64,000 nucleotides of DNA, taken from the NCBI RefSeq assembly GCF_018977255.1, contig NW_024704742.1, positions 126,172,001-126,236,000 on the forward strand, written 5' to 3'. The stretch is from Callorhinchus milii. Taxonomy: Eukaryota. Made by a program: the position numbers and the translations under genes. The notes beneath the pieces are model-generated. The model saw only the letters and a list, made by a program, of their open reading frames with translations. It was not told the origin of the DNA and did no database searches. Within the stretch, counting starts at the first letter, position 1; every line of letters begins with the position of its first letter. This document shows positions 48,735 to 62,412 of this stretch, one piece after another.

Positions 48735-48998
48735 ACCAGTTGCATATTTTGTGGACGAAACTCAGCAGCCAATTGCACACAGCAGCATCCCACAAACAGT
48801 CGCGGATTAAGTGACAAAACTTTTTTTTTTTGAACGGATTATTAGCCCCGGAGAAGTGATCCACCAATCAAATAACCAAACGGGTTCCTACTTATTGCTA
48901 GGTGAACAGAGGCGTGTGGAGTAAGGAAACTTGCCTAACATTTCGCTCTGCCAGGAATCACTTGCGAGCAAGTGCTCTAACCACCAAGTTAGAGGACC
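48735..48998 (-). mobile_element. Long-subfamily SINE, tail lost
   Basis: Body, long-form insert and partial head. Confidence 0.85.
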
Positions 48999-49129
48999 TT
49001 GGCTGGTTTTCCCCTTTCTAACCCTGAGAAGGCTGGGATCCATGAAATCTCCCCTTGCAGCTGACATCAGCTAACTCTGCATGGACTGGGAATCGAACCA
49101 GTGAGCACTTGGTGTGTAAGCCCCAACTC

Positions 49130-50595
49130 ATGGAGTCCCGCAGCTTGCCTCACAAGCAAGAGGATCTGGATTCGATTCCCAGGCAGGTCAAAACTTTAGG
49201 CAAGTTACCTTATTCCACACGCCTCTGTTTACCTAGAAGTATGTAGGAACCCGGTTGTCTCGACGAATGGCTTCTCCTCCACCCCCCGTACTGTCTCATG
49301 TGGAGTCCCTCAGGGCTCTGTCCTCGGTCCCCTCCTCTTCACCCTCTATATGCTCCCCCTTGGTGACATCATCCGCAGACATGGAGTTAACTTCCACATG
49401 TATGCGGATGACACCCAACTCTACCTTTCCTCCTCTACTCTCAACTCCACGACCACCGATGTCCTGACAGCCTGCCTGTCCGACATCGAGTCCTGGACGA
49501 GAGACAACTTTCTTCAGCTCAACGTGCGAAAAACCGAGGCCCTCCTGATTGGCTCACGTCAGCGCCTCCGCACCTCAGGCGCTGACACCATCAGCATCCA
49601 AGGCTGCACTCTCCACCTCTCAAAGCCAGTCAGGAACCTCGGCGTTTTGTTCGACCCTGAGCTGTCCTTTCTCCCTCACATCCGCACCACAACTGGCACC
49701 GCCTTCCATCACCTCCGGAACATCGCCAGACTACGGCATTACCTCACCCCTCACGCTGCTGAAACCCTGGTTCACGCCTTTGTCACCTCAAGGCTGGACT
49801 ATGGGAACTCTCTCCTCGCCGGCCTTCCCGCCACCTCCCTCCACAAGCTGCAGGTCATTCAGAACTCTGCAGCTCGTGTACTGTCCCGCACCAGGCTTCG
49901 GACCACATCACTCCCACCCTCGCTCGCCTCCACTGGCTCCCCATCCCCCAGAGGATTGATTTCAAGATCCTCATCCTCACCTACAAGGCCATTCACGGCC
50001 TTGCTCCCTCCTACCTCTCCAACCTACTATCCCCCTACCTACCTGCCCGTACCCTCCGTTCCTCTGGCTCCGGTCTGCTCCACGTCCCCCGCCCCAATCG
50101 CCCTACCATTGGTGGTCGGGCCTTCAGCCTCTCAGCCCCGAGGCTCTGGAACTCTATCCCCCAGTGCCTTCGCCTTGCTTCCTCCCTTTCCTCCTTCAAG
50201 GCCGGTCTCAAAACCTTTCTCTTTGACCGAGCCTTCAGCTCCCCTCTCGACTCTCTTCCCCCTTCTCGCTCCCTCCGATCCCTCCCCTCACCCTGACCAT
50301 TTCCCCCCTCCTCGCTCCCTCCCCTCCCCTCACCCTGACCATTTCCCCCCTGCTCGGGTCATGACCCAACTGTGCAGCGCCTTGGGACGTCCTCCTGACG
50401 TGAAAGGCGCTCTATAAATGGAATCTTGTTGTTGTTGTTGTTGTTAGTTGATTGGCAGATCGCTGCTGTGCCAATTGGCTGCAATGTTTTGCCCACAAAA
50501 TACAGTAAATACACTTTACAGTATATTCTGTGAAGCGCTTTAAGACATCTCAACAACGTGATAAGGCAGAAATTCAAATGCAAGGATTATTATTG
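49130..50595 (+). mobile_element. Long-subfamily SINE split by a young L2 insertion
   Basis: GGAACCCGGTTGT (ends 49258) resumes as TAGTTGATTGGCAGATCG (from 50445). Confidence 0.85.
49259..50444 (+). mobile_element. Young L2 LINE, 5'-truncated in the RT domain
   Basis: [34 protein letters not shown]; 1-nt deletion near 49900; 3' stem-loop and (GTT)n tail. Confidence 0.97.
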
Positions 50596-51149
50596 TATAT
50601 CATTATAACTCCATTCTTGACACCATTTTGAAACATTACAGTACACTAAGAAATATTTAGCAAGTATAACCATAACAGCCACAAATTTTAGCATCTACAA
50701 AGATAAAAATTGGAATCATTGGAGGATAGATATAAATTTTTAGAGGTGATTTTGTTCACAAAAATAATAGGTATGTAATATGTGTGAATAACTCTGGTTA
50801 ATGAAGTGGTGAACAAGGGCACATTTCCAATGTTAATTATGCCACTAATATTTACTCACCTTGAGTGTGACTGGGCTATTATTAGAGTGAACAGCTTAGG
50901 ACTAGAATATTATGTGTTTGAGCCTCATTTCCTGCAGGATTGATATGTCCATGATCGTTTGTCATTTCCAGATTTCCTAAAAATCGAAGGGAGAGGTCAG
51001 GAGAATTTTTTTTTACATGAAGGGTTATAAGAGCATAGAATACTCTTAACAAAAACAATGGTTGAACCAGAATCTATATTAGTTTTTAAATAGCTCAAAG
51101 AAACATCTGAAAAGGATAAATGTACAAAGGTTTGGGGAAACGGCAAGGG

Positions 51150-52345
51150 GAGCGCCCTCCACACAGGTTAGCAGCTCAGAGCGCTTAACAGTGGCGGAGC
51201 CTGACTCCGAACTGGGAGGGTGGGGGAGGTGGCTATAAGCACAGTCGAAGAGGAAGATTTTCAGACAGGACTTGAAAAAGGGGGGAGAGGGGATAATGTG
51301 GAGGGATTCAGGGACAGTGTTCCAGAGTTTCAGAGCGTAGTGGCTGAAAGCGCGACACCGATGGTGGGGTGGAGTGTGCGAGGGATGAGCAGGAGGCAGA
51401 TGCCAGTCAAGCGGAAGCGCCAGGTAGTGGATTGGGGAGTGAGACAGTTGAAGAGGTAGGGAGGTGCCAGAGAGTGAAGGGATTTGAACACGAGAGTGAG
51501 GATCTTGAAGTCGATTTTTTCGGTGATGAGGAGCCAGTGGAGCCTGGACAGAACTGGTGAGATGTGGGTATGGAATTTGGTCCGAGTAAGTATGCGAGCG
51601 GCAGAGTTCTGAATGAGCTGGATCTTTTGAATACTGGAGGTGCGGAGATCGGTGAGGAGTGCGTTTGAGTAGTCCAAGCGAGAGGTGACAAATGCATGCA
51701 CGAGGGTTTCAGCTGCATTTGGGATAAGGTACGGTCAGAGGCGGGCAATATGGTGGAGATGGAAGAAGGTGGTCCTGGTTGGGGACTGGATGTGGGGGAG
51801 GAAGGACAGCTGGAGGCCTAGATCGCGCACTGGTTTGGTGAGTCTGAGGGACAGCCGAGGGAGGTTGAGGAGTTTAGATCCACAGGAGTAAAGACGTTGA
51901 TGGGAGCCAAGAAGTATGGCTTCCATCTTGTCCACATTCCGTCTTGTAATTGTTTGATTCCCATGATCGAATAGCACCTTGTAACTTTGACTAAGGCCGT
52001 CTCTGTACTGTGACCAGACTGGAGGGTTCATGCAGGGAGTGGCGGCAGAGGAAAAAGTAAATCTTGAAAGCAATGATTCATCCAGGGACCTTGGAAACAA
52101 AGGGAAGGTTGAAGATGGGACTGTAGTTAGAGATCGGAGATGGGAAAGGGAAAGTGTTTTGATGGTGGGATTGATGACAGCTATTGTTAAGGGCGTGGGA
52201 ACTGTGCCAATGGACCAAGAGAGGTTAACAATGTCTGTTAGTAGGGGGCTAAGGATGCGGAGCTGGGAGGTAAGGAGAGGGGAAGTGATGGGGTCAAGGG
52301 AGCAGGTGGTGGGCTTCATTTGTGAAATTATGGAGATGAGAGAAT
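51150..52345 (-). mobile_element. Old L2 family fragment with internal deletion
   Basis: [40 protein letters not shown] core missing. Confidence 0.85.
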
Positions 52346-53040
52346 AGGGGGAGATTAATGTGATGATCTGCTACGGAACTTTGTAATTCACTTTTTACAT
52401 TTTTTAAAATTATGAGCTATCGTAATAGATTTCTTGAGCTAGCTGTCATAAGGAACTCAATATGAAATGCTGCAAATTTTAACTGTATATCATATTAAAC
52501 TTGTCAGATAGCAAGTCAGTCCTCACTTCTTAATATATATGCATATTGGGGGTGAAAACTACAAGCAATATATCACCAGTGGTAACATCACATATCACTG
52601 TTTCAACCCAATGCCATTTGCTTCCATTTATCTCTGTGCTGTGTTTTTCTCTTCAACATATAGTGTTCCGTCTTAAGTAAAAGATCCAGCACAGATATGA
52701 AGAAAGAAACCTAAAGTGGGGAAGAGAGGATTAGGAGGGGTGGAGGCTATTGTGAAGTATAATCACTGGCGGGGACTAGTTGGGTTGAATGGTATGACTA
52801 TTTGGCCCAATGGCCTGCTTCTGTACTGTAAATGTTCATGTAATTCTATGTAAAGTTTTTTTTCTCTAAATGAGTCCTGGATGCTGGGCTGGTAAACTCA
52901 TTGCAGATATTAACTATCCTCTGTGTAAAGAAATAGTTCTGACTGAAATTGCTGTACACCACAATGAATGAGTGACCCCTTACCCTGCTGCCTTGTCTTA
53001 TCTCCGGGACGCTACCCCGCATGAAAGGCACTATATAAAA

Positions 53041-53154
53041 GGGATATAGTACATAGGTAGTTTGGGACATATGTGCATTCGAGCGCCAGGAAGGTGAAAG
53101 GCGAACTAGATGGACCTTGGTCTTTTTTCGTCTAGCATTTCTTATGTTCTTATG
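53041..53154 (+). mobile_element. Solo CR1 3' UTR of the family inserted in the Helitron
   Basis: Near-identical to 15848-15949; ends in (TTCTTATG)2. Confidence 0.85.
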
Positions 53155-54223
53155 TAAATACACTGAAAATATAATTGGAATTGCTGTATTACTGTGGTCA
53201 ATTTGGGCCATGCATCTCTCCAAATCTTCCTAGCTCCTCATACATCTTGAAGACCAGCAATCAATTCAAGAGGGACCATACGGGTAATTGCCATAATAAT
53301 TCAATCCAATCTATAACTTTAGTGGAATTCATATTTCTTCATCGGTTTAAATTAATCCTGTGACATTAATTAATCCTACAGTAACCCAGTGTAAATTACT
53401 TTATCTGTGTTGACTGTCACTGACTCATCCCCATGTATATTAAGCATTACTCTGTATTCCCAAGTTCTGGATTGCTTCAGGCTGACTGATGTGTTCCTTA
53501 AGGCAACAACTGAACTTTATCGGGTTACTGTACCTTCATTGAAAAATATTCCGAGGACTGTCTATCACTCATTGCAAACTAATGTCTATTGCCAGTAAGA
53601 ACCACCTTTTTCCTTTGCGTACCAACAATTAATGAATACGTACACAAATATAAATACTGTTCAATATTTGAATGTGTACATTTTCCTATTTTGTGTATTT
53701 ATCTGTGTGATTCTTTTTAACATAACATAACATAACATGTAGGAGCAGGAGTAGGCCATTCGGCTATTCAAGTCTGCCCCGCCATTCAATCATGTTCTAT
53801 GAGGAAACTCTGTCCTCTGGAAAATGTGTCCTGGCCCTCCAATTTGGGAACAATTTACCACTAGTTTTACACATGGCCGTGACCTGGGTCACCAGCTTTG
53901 TGTCTCACTCAGTAAATAAATTATAACAATAACAATAATAATAATAATCCTTACATTTGATAAGGTGCCTTTCACTTCAGATGTTTTAAATTGTTTTACA
54001 GGATTTTACTGTAAAATGTAGTAACTGTGTATTTTATAGATGAATGCAGCAGCCAATTTAGACAGCAATGTGCCACAAATAACCGTGAAGTGAGTGACCA
54101 ATTTTATCTGGGATTGTTGGTTAGGATACACATTAAATGTGATTTAATGTAATTGCTATGTTTGGATCAACTCTGCGTGTGCTACTGCTCAGTTACATCG
54201 AAAAATAATTATAAAGTAGAAAC

Positions 54224-54441
54224 TCCCTCCGTTCCTCTTGCTCCAGTCTGCTCCACCTTTCCCTTTGACCGTGCCTTCAGCTCACCTCTCGACTCTCTAC
54301 CCCCTCCTCGCTCCCTCCCTTCCCTCCCCTCACCCTGACCATTTCCCCCCTGCTCGTGTCCTGACCCAACTGTCCAGCGCCTTGGGACGTCCTCCCGATG
54401 TGAAAGGCGCTCTATAAATGGAATCTTGTTGTTGTTGTTGT
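54224..54441 (+). mobile_element. Young L2 3' end with internal deletion
   Basis: Matches 50053-50085 joined to 50215-50445. Confidence 0.9.
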
Positions 54442-54630
54442 TCTTCTTCTTTTCAAATAGTGTCATGGGATCTTTCATGTCCACCTGAACAGCGAGACAG
54501 GACCTGGGTTTAACATCTCATCAAAAGGACGGTACTTCCGACAATGCAGTACACTCCCAGCACTGCATTGGTATGTAAGTGTAGACTCTATGGGTTCCAA
54601 ATGACAACATGAAGCTTGAACCCACAACCT

Positions 54631-54950
54631 TAATAATAATAATAATCCTTGCATTTGATATAGCGCTTTTCACGTCGGGAGGACGTCCCAAAGCGCTTCA
54701 CAGAACACACTGTAAAGTGAATTGACTGTATATTTGTGGGCGAACGCGGCAACCAATTGCGCACAGCAATGTCCCACAAACAGTCGTAGATTGAAAATGA
54801 CCAATTTATTATTGTTTTTGATTTTGGAGGGATTATTATTAGGCGTGTGGACTAAGGAAACTTGCCCAAGGTTTCGCCCTGTGCCTGGAATTGAACTCAG
54901 GTCTCTCACTTGCAAAGCGAGTGCTCTAACCACTGAGCTACAGGACTCCA
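54631..54950 (-). mobile_element. Young short SINE nested in an old Deu SINE (54445-54992, minus strand)
   Basis: Near-identical to 969-1303; host reads CCCACAACCTT|..|CTGATTCAG. Confidence 0.95.
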
Positions 54951-56544
54951 TGATTCTTCTGATTCAGGCTGGAGTGCTACCAACTGAGCCCGGCTCCCAC
55001 ATCTAAATAGCAACATCCAAAGGACGACATCTCCAAAATGCAAAACTCTATTCAAGTGTCAGAATATGTGAGTTCAAAATCCCAACCTTCTGATTTAGAA
55101 GCAACTAGGCCAGGTTCAGTTGGACAAGCACTTTATTTCCTGCCTGTTGAGCCACTTTACAGCTTTGCAAAATTCAGTCTAGGTTTACAGCAATTCTTGC
55201 TTTTCAATCAGTTGGTGGTGAGTTCAGAACCAGATATCAGGACCTCAGTTCATAGTCTAGGCTGATTGAATGCCCCAGAACGAGACCCTAAACTCCTCAG
55301 CCATTATCTCCTATAACTATCAAATCATCATAAACTGTCAGATAGGACACTGTTACATTTTCAATTGCCGATGCCTTTAGTATGACATTTTGGCAGATTT
55401 TATTACTTTTTTTAATATAAATAATGTCTCTTCCCTGCCAAGCCTATTTAACCTATCTTCATATTCATGATATACCATCTCAGTTCCACCTCTAGTCCAT
55501 TTTTCGCCCAAAAAATATACAGTCAATTCACTTTACAATATATTCTGTGAAGTGCTTTGAGACATCTTGAAGACATGATAAGGCGCTATATCAAATGCAA
55601 GGATTGTTATTATCGTTCTCTGCTCACAGCCATGGTCTGTGTTGACAATAATGTCAATCCTGTCCATATCTCTAGTTTTACCTCTGATTTTGATAGTTTA
55701 TTTCTAATGTTCTTGCATTAGTATAAAGGCATTTGAGATTACTCTCCAGCTCCAGCCTGCCTTGGTTTAAACCTATTGTTGTGCCTACTTACCATATAGC
55801 TCTCTCCAACAGCTGCTGTTTTCACTAAATAGCAATGAATTGAAAGATGCGTGAGAGAAAAATCCTGCTTATAAATGGGGATAAACCCTCGGATTAATTC
55901 CATCTTCAGAGAACTCTCTTGATACTCAGTTTATCTGATTAACAGAATTATGTGAAAAATATTATCGCAGTTGTTCATGTGGGGCTTGTATGGAGTGACC
56001 ATGATAGAAACCTAAAACCTCCGATATATTGAGGTGAAGACTAAGATGTTTCATGGCAGATTTGTATTGTCAGAGTTACCATCCTCTGGAGGAAATATTA
56101 AACCAAGTTATTTCCCTATCTACTCAGGTGGCTTTTAAAGATCCCATTAAACTATTCAATAAAAGAGAATGGAGTTTTTCCTCTTGTCCTGGTCAACACA
56201 AGATAAAATGGTCATTAGCTTTGTGGCTGTTTGTGGAACATAGCCATCCATAAATTGGCTTGAGTATCTTCCTACAAAATCCACAGTCACTACACTCTAG
56301 AGAAATTATTTTGTTCATTGAATCATAGAACTTTAACTTCAAAGACAAAGGTTTATTATTATTATCATTCACCAACATCATTGGAGAAATTACATCCAAA
56401 GTAAACATCCAGACTCAAAGTTAAACAGATAGTAATAATCCTTGCATTTGATGTAGCGCCTTATCACATCTTCAAGACATCTCAAAGCATTTCACAGAAT
56501 ATACTATAAAGTGGATTGACTGTATATTTTGTGATATCATAGAT

Positions 56545-57032
56545 ACATTCGAATACATTAGAATATACAGCATAAAAACAGGCCATTCGGCCCAACTGGT
56601 CTATGCCAGTGTTTATGCTCCACATGAGCCTCCTCCTGCCCTTCCTCAACTAAGCCTTCAAGCATAACCTTCTATTCCTTTCTCCCTCATGTACCTATCT
56701 AGCTTTCCCTTAAATACATCTATGCTATTTGCCTCAACAACTCCTTGTGGTTGCACGTTCCACATTTCCACTAGTCTCTGTGTAAAGAAATTTCTTCCAA
56801 CTTCCCTATTTGATATATTTGTGACTATTTTACATTGATGGCCCCTGGTTTTGGTCTCCCCCACAAGTGGAAACATCTTCCCTATGTCTAAACTATCAAA
56901 AGTTTTCATACTTTTAAAGACCTCTATCAGGTCACCCCTTACCCTCCTCTTTTCAAGAGAAAAGAGTCCAAGCATGTTCAACCTTTCCTGATAGGTGTAA
57001 CCTCTCAGTTCTGGGATCATCCTTGTGAATCT
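56545..57032 (-). mobile_element. CR1 3' fragment
   Basis: LGLFSLEKRRVRGDLIEVFK, TRGH, FFTQRLVEMWN. Confidence 0.92.
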
Positions 57033-58064
57033 CCTTTTTGTGTGAATTAATGGAAAATTTGGACATTTTGCCTGTAATCAATAAAAATAATAAAACGAAT
57101 AAACTATGTTAGAGATTTATTCATAGTCATCTGATGACCCCTACTGGAAAGTCCATTTGGGTCAACGTTGGATAAAGATGGGATCAGGCTCTGATGCAAT
57201 ATCCTCCACAATGAAACATCTGCCGGTGCTCTCCATTTAGGTTCACACATAAAGAATTGATGTTTAGATGTAACAATAAAACTTGCATTTGGTAGAGTGC
57301 TTTATCAAGACATTGGAACATATCAAAGCACTTCATAAGGTTTACTGCAAAGTGTACTGTCTGCGTATTTGTAGGCAAATACGGCAGCCAATTTGAATAC
57401 AGTAATGTCCAAAATGACAGTAATGTCAATGACCATTTTCAATTGGGAGTGGTTGGCCAGGTTACCCAGAGAATCTCTTCAAATAGTACCATGGAATTTT
57501 TAATGTTTACCTCAACAGGCAGACGAGACCTCGGGTTAACATCTTTTCCAATGGATAGCACCTCTGACAAGTCAGCCTAGATGTTTAGCTTATGTTAGAA
57601 GAGAGAAGGTAGGTGTCGATAATAAAGAAAGCATATTATCACAGAGACCAAATATGTACTAGAAAAACATAAATATTTTCTGAAGTTAATATATTCAGCA
57701 TATGACATTTTATAGTACAAGGTAAACTTTGTTATTTTTTAACATATAAAACCATAATTAGATATGAACTTGGGATTATTGGGCCACTTGTTTTTCCAAC
57801 AGGCCAGCATTCCTCCAGATAAATTGTTCATTCACTTCATGGCTGTTTGTGGGTCATTGCTTTGCTCAAATTAGCTACCGTGTCTTCCCACAAATACAGT
57901 CACTACACTTAGTAGCAATTCCCTAAAAAGTCCTTCGGGTGTTTCAACATTATATGTGCTACATCAAATGTAACAGATATTTGAGAAATCGTCTTGATGA
58001 GAAGGGTGCTATATAAATGTAAATTGTATTGTATTGTGTGGATTATAATTTTTATTATTATAAT

Positions 58065-59585
58065 TGTAAGCAAAATAGAAGCCCACGGTATTAAAGGGAC
58101 CGTGGCAGCATGGATACAGAACTGGCTGGGAGACAGAAAACAGAGAGTAGTGGTGAACGATTGATTTTCTAACTGGAGGGAAGTGTGCAGTGATGTCCCC
58201 CAGGGATCAGTAATGGGAGCATTGCTGTTTTTGATCTATGTAAATGACCTGGACTTGGGTTTAGGAAGTACAATTTCCAAGTTTGCAGGTAATACTAAGT
58301 TAGGAAAAGTAGTAAACAGTGAGGAGGATAGTAGCAGACTGCAAGAGGACATAGACAGACTGGTAAAATGGGCAGACACATGGCAGATGGAGTTTAATGT
58401 GGAGAAATGTGAAGTGATGCATTTTGGGAGGAAGAATGTGGAGAGGGAATATAAACTGATGGTACAATCTTAAAGTGGGTGAAGGAACAGAGACCTAAGG
58501 GTATCTATAAGTAAATCTTTGAAGGTGGCAGGACAGTTATATAAAGCTGTTTAAAAAAACATACAGGATACTAGGCTTTATAAACAGGGGCATAGAATAC
58601 AAAAATCAGGAAGTTATGATAATAATAATAATAATCCTTGCATTTGACATAGCACTTTCACGTCTTCTCGATGTCTCAAAGCGCTTCACAGAATAGACTG
58701 TAAAGTGAATTGACTGTATATTTGTGGGCGAAATGCAGCAGCCAATTGCACACAGCAGTGTCCCACAAACAGTTGTGGATTGAAAATGACCATTTTAGTT
58801 TTGTTTTGGAAGGATTATTATTAGGCATGTGGAGCAAGGAAACTTGCCCAAGGTTTCACCCGGCCTGGAATTGAATCCAGGTGTCTCGCTTGCAAGGCGA
58901 GTGCTCTATCCACTGAGCTACAGGACTCCACCTGTAGAACCTTTATAAAACATTGGTTAGGCCGCAGCTAGAGACTGTGTTCAGTTCTGGGCACCACACT
59001 TTAGGAAAAATGTCAAGTTAATGGAGAAGGTGCAAAGGAGATTTACCAGGATGGCACCAGGAATGAGGGATTTCATTTATCAGGAGAGGCTAGAGAAGCT
59101 AGGATTATTCTCCTTGAGCAGAAAAGTTTAAGAGGAGACTTAATAGAAGTTTTCAAAATTATGAGGAGATTCAATAAGCTGTACAAGGAGAAACTATTTT
59201 AAGCGCTCTGAGATGCCGTCCGACGTGGAGAGCGCTATATAAATCCAAGTTGTTGTTATTGTTATTTTCGCTGGCGAGTGGGTCGGTAACCCGAAGACAC
59301 CAATTTAAAATAGTTATTAAAAGAAACAAAAGGGAGGTGAGGAGACTTTTTTTTCACACAATGAGTTGTTCGGATCTGGAATGCATTGCCTGAAAGGATG
59401 GTGGAAGCCAAGTTGATAACGACTTTTAAGAGAGAAGTAGATGATTATTTGGGGAGGACAAGTTTGCAGGGCTATGGGGAGAGAGCAGGGGAGTGGGATT
59501 GATTTGAGTAGCTCTTTTCAAAGAGCTGGCACAGACACAATGGGCCGAATGGCCTCTTTCTGCGCTGTACAATTCTGTTTCTATG
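58065..59585 (+). mobile_element. CR1 LINE 3' portion with nested SINE (58618-58931) and L2-tail insert (59201-59262)
   Basis: DVPQGSVMG, LQEDIDRL, WQMEFNVEKC, RIWNALP; CR1 3' UTR hairpin. Confidence 0.92.
58618..58931 (-). mobile_element. Short-subfamily SINE
   Basis: Full head, body and (ATT)n tail. Confidence 0.93.
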
Positions 59586-60119
59586 ATAGTTATGCAACAT
59601 GTTAGTTTTTACAATTAAAGTAATATGGTTAATCAGCCATGTAGCACACAATATCATCACACTTTGTCAATGGTATTTAGGGCATGGTAACCCGAGTATT
59701 CTCGTACGCTATCTCATAGCTGTTTTTGTGTGTTGAGTAATGAGATACATTTTCCATTTTTTCCCCGTTATGATTTATGCATTGTATAATGTGTACAATC
59801 CCTTTACTGCAGATATCAAACTACTGACTTCCACACAGACCTGGCATCCAGCCTTTGTTAACATATTCCTTTGACAAAATGTCTCATGGCATCTCAACAC
59901 TGATTTATAGTTGTGACCAAGTTTCCTTTTTCAAGGAGAACCAAAGCTTAACCAGTGGAATGTTATTCATCACCTCGTAGTTGTTTGTAAGATGTCGCTG
60001 ACATATATTAGCTGCTGTGTCTGTCTCCATAACAACATTCATTTCAGTTCCAATTAATATGATTCTGTAAATCATTTTGAGATGTCTCGTTTTCCTGAAA
60101 GGCACTGTATAGAAGTAAG

Positions 60120-60415
60120 ATTCGCCCACAAAATACACAGTCACTACACTTTACAATATATTGGCCACTTCAATCCATGACTGTTTGTGGGACACTGCTG
60201 TGTGCAATTGGCTGCCATGTTTCACCCACAAAATATACAGTCAATTCACTTTGTAGTATATTCTGTAAAGCGCTTTGAGATTCTCGAAGACTTGATAAGG
60301 CTCAGTATCAAATGCAAGGATAATAAAAATAATAATTAATTGTATTCTGTGCAGCACTTTGAGATGTCTCAATGATGTGATAAGGCGCTATATCAAATGC
60401 ATAGATTATTATTAA
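60120..60415 (+). mobile_element. SINE 3' part nested in another SINE 3' part
   Basis: Outer ..TTACAATATATT resumes as TATTCTGTG after the inner copy's tail. Confidence 0.75.
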
Positions 60416-60967
60416 TATAAGGTTCTCACCCTACGCTTTGGTTTTCACTTGTTTTTCTAACAGGCTTGCATTTTCATTACCTGAAATGCACCAGTGTCTG
60501 AGTTATTTAATAGTTTGGTATTCTTCAATATGTTATCGGATAATATTTACTACGCTCGGTGTTCATTTAACTAAAAAGAGCAATCTATTTCAGCTAAAGT
60601 TATTTTTTTGTGGCTGTCAGCATTACCAGGCACTGGTATGTCTTTAAGTGCCTTAAACCACTGACTTTGCAGTTTTGTTCAGCTCCCAAATATTCTGTAT
60701 TGCGTCACAAATTTATTTCCAGCAAGATTTCACAACAGCCAGCTTGGATCTTATTCAGACTTCACATGTTGGCAATGGGCAACACTTGGTGCATCACAAA
60801 CGGAAGCATTTCCAAATCAGGGTACAAGACCATTAAAANCAGAGAAAGTAAATTAGGTGATGAACACTTCAGTCATTTCAGTGAGATTACGCAAGGTTTT
60901 TCAGTTGCATTAGAATAACTGTGCTCTGCACCCTGTTACTTTTATCCATGTTCATTGATGCACGAGT

Positions 60968-61340
60968 CTGGGGGAAGATTCTTCCCACCCAGCTTCTGTT
61001 AACCCTGCATGCCAAAGCCCCAAAGGGTAGGATGGTCCTTGGTGGTCAAGCAGTGGGAAAGCTTGCCAGATAGTGCTCACAATGGCTATACGGTTTTAGC
61101 TTGTTAGATTCCGGCAATACCCCAACACAGACTCTGGAGTCCCCAAGCCTTGACTCTTGCCAGTCTACACCTAATACTCTCCCGATTTAAGTAAGCAAGA
61201 TGCATAGCTCCAAGGAGAGAGTGCACATTCCATTCTAATACGTGAGAATTTCCATGCTTCGGTAGGTCACATGCAGTTTGGTTTCAATACTCTGATGGGT
61301 TTCCACATGTGCCAGACACCTGGCTGAACAAATAAAAATC
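60968..61340 (+). repeat. Copy of the unclassified repeat
   Basis: Reverse complement matches 7440-7545, 540-800 and 75-113. Confidence 0.6.
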
Positions 61341-61380
61341 CATGTGTGCCATCTAGGGATGAATCCCAATTTAAAAATAT

Positions 61381-61830
61381 CAACAACAACAATTTACATT
61401 TATTTAGTGCCTTTCACATCTGAACAATGTACTGAGGAGCAGAGGTGATGGGTATTGGGGGGAGAAAGGTGACCAAAAATATGGTTAGAAAGCTAGAGAT
61501 ATAGAAGAAGACGGATTCTGAAAGTGGAAGGGGAGGGAGGTGGTAAATCAGAGAGACAAGAGGAATGAATTCCAGAGAGTAGGGGCAGAATGGTGGAAAG
61601 CTTGCCCACTGATTGTGTGATTTACAGGGGACAACAAAGCAGGCTGGAAACAGAGTGTTTCAGGAGGTTACAGAGGTGGATTGTACAAGAGAGGACTTGA
61701 ACTGCAGAATTCTGGATGGACTGCAGCTTGTGTAGGAACAAACTGAGGAGACTGGCAATCATGGCATTGGAATTGTCAAGTCAGGTGTGATGAAAGCGAG
61801 GATGAAGGTCTAGATTCCAGAGTATGGAAG
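61381..61830 (-). mobile_element. Highly diverged L2 3' fragment
   Basis: Tail plus CTGCAGAATTCTGGATGGACTGCAGCTTGTG (HKLQSIQNSA). Confidence 0.7.
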
Positions 61831-62412
61831 AAGATCGGGTCGAGGGGGAATCATAAATGAGGAATACCAAGAATGAAGAGGATTCAAGTAATAAGAAAAT
61901 TAAGAGAGTAATATAGTAATGCAAAAGGTACCTAGGATTCATCATAGAAATAAATGGCTGTTTGATATTTGATATGTCAGTTTAATTAAACAACAGTGTT
62001 GACATAAGTAAAATATTACTTATTGATTTGCAAATTCATAAGGTTCATAATTTAATAATCATCTTGTGTTGGTTTATTTAAATGGATGCAGGCGATATAT
62101 GTGAACTGGTTGTGTTGATTGTGAGGATAATTTCTTTTGATGAAAGCAGGCAAAACATTTGTTGTGTTAATTGTGATTTCCATTTTGTTGGAATTCACGT
62201 AAGCTGCAAATATCAAACATGAAAAATAGTACAGTAAGCAAAATATCTGCAGAAAAAAGGCAGCCATGGTTTTCAACAAACATTTTTTAGACATTGTCAA
62301 CCTTACTTGTCATGATTCACTATCCACAAATGTCACTATGTATTTGGCAAGTCAGAAGTTCCAATGAATACAACAAATATCTCAAATTAGATCCCAGTAT
62401 CCCAAAAACAGA

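Noticed and set aside
57131..57153. CTGATGA..GAAAGTC as a second hammerhead
   Set aside because: Stem II cannot form and there is no stem III.
969..58931. Dispersed near-identical repeats as a CRISPR array or other prokaryotic system
   Set aside because: Irregularly spaced ~300-bp SINEs in both orientations; no repeat-spacer periodicity, cas genes or operon structure.
60610..60918. 102-aa ORF containing an ambiguous base (N at 60839)
   Set aside because: No recognisable domain or splice context; the N marks local sequence uncertainty.
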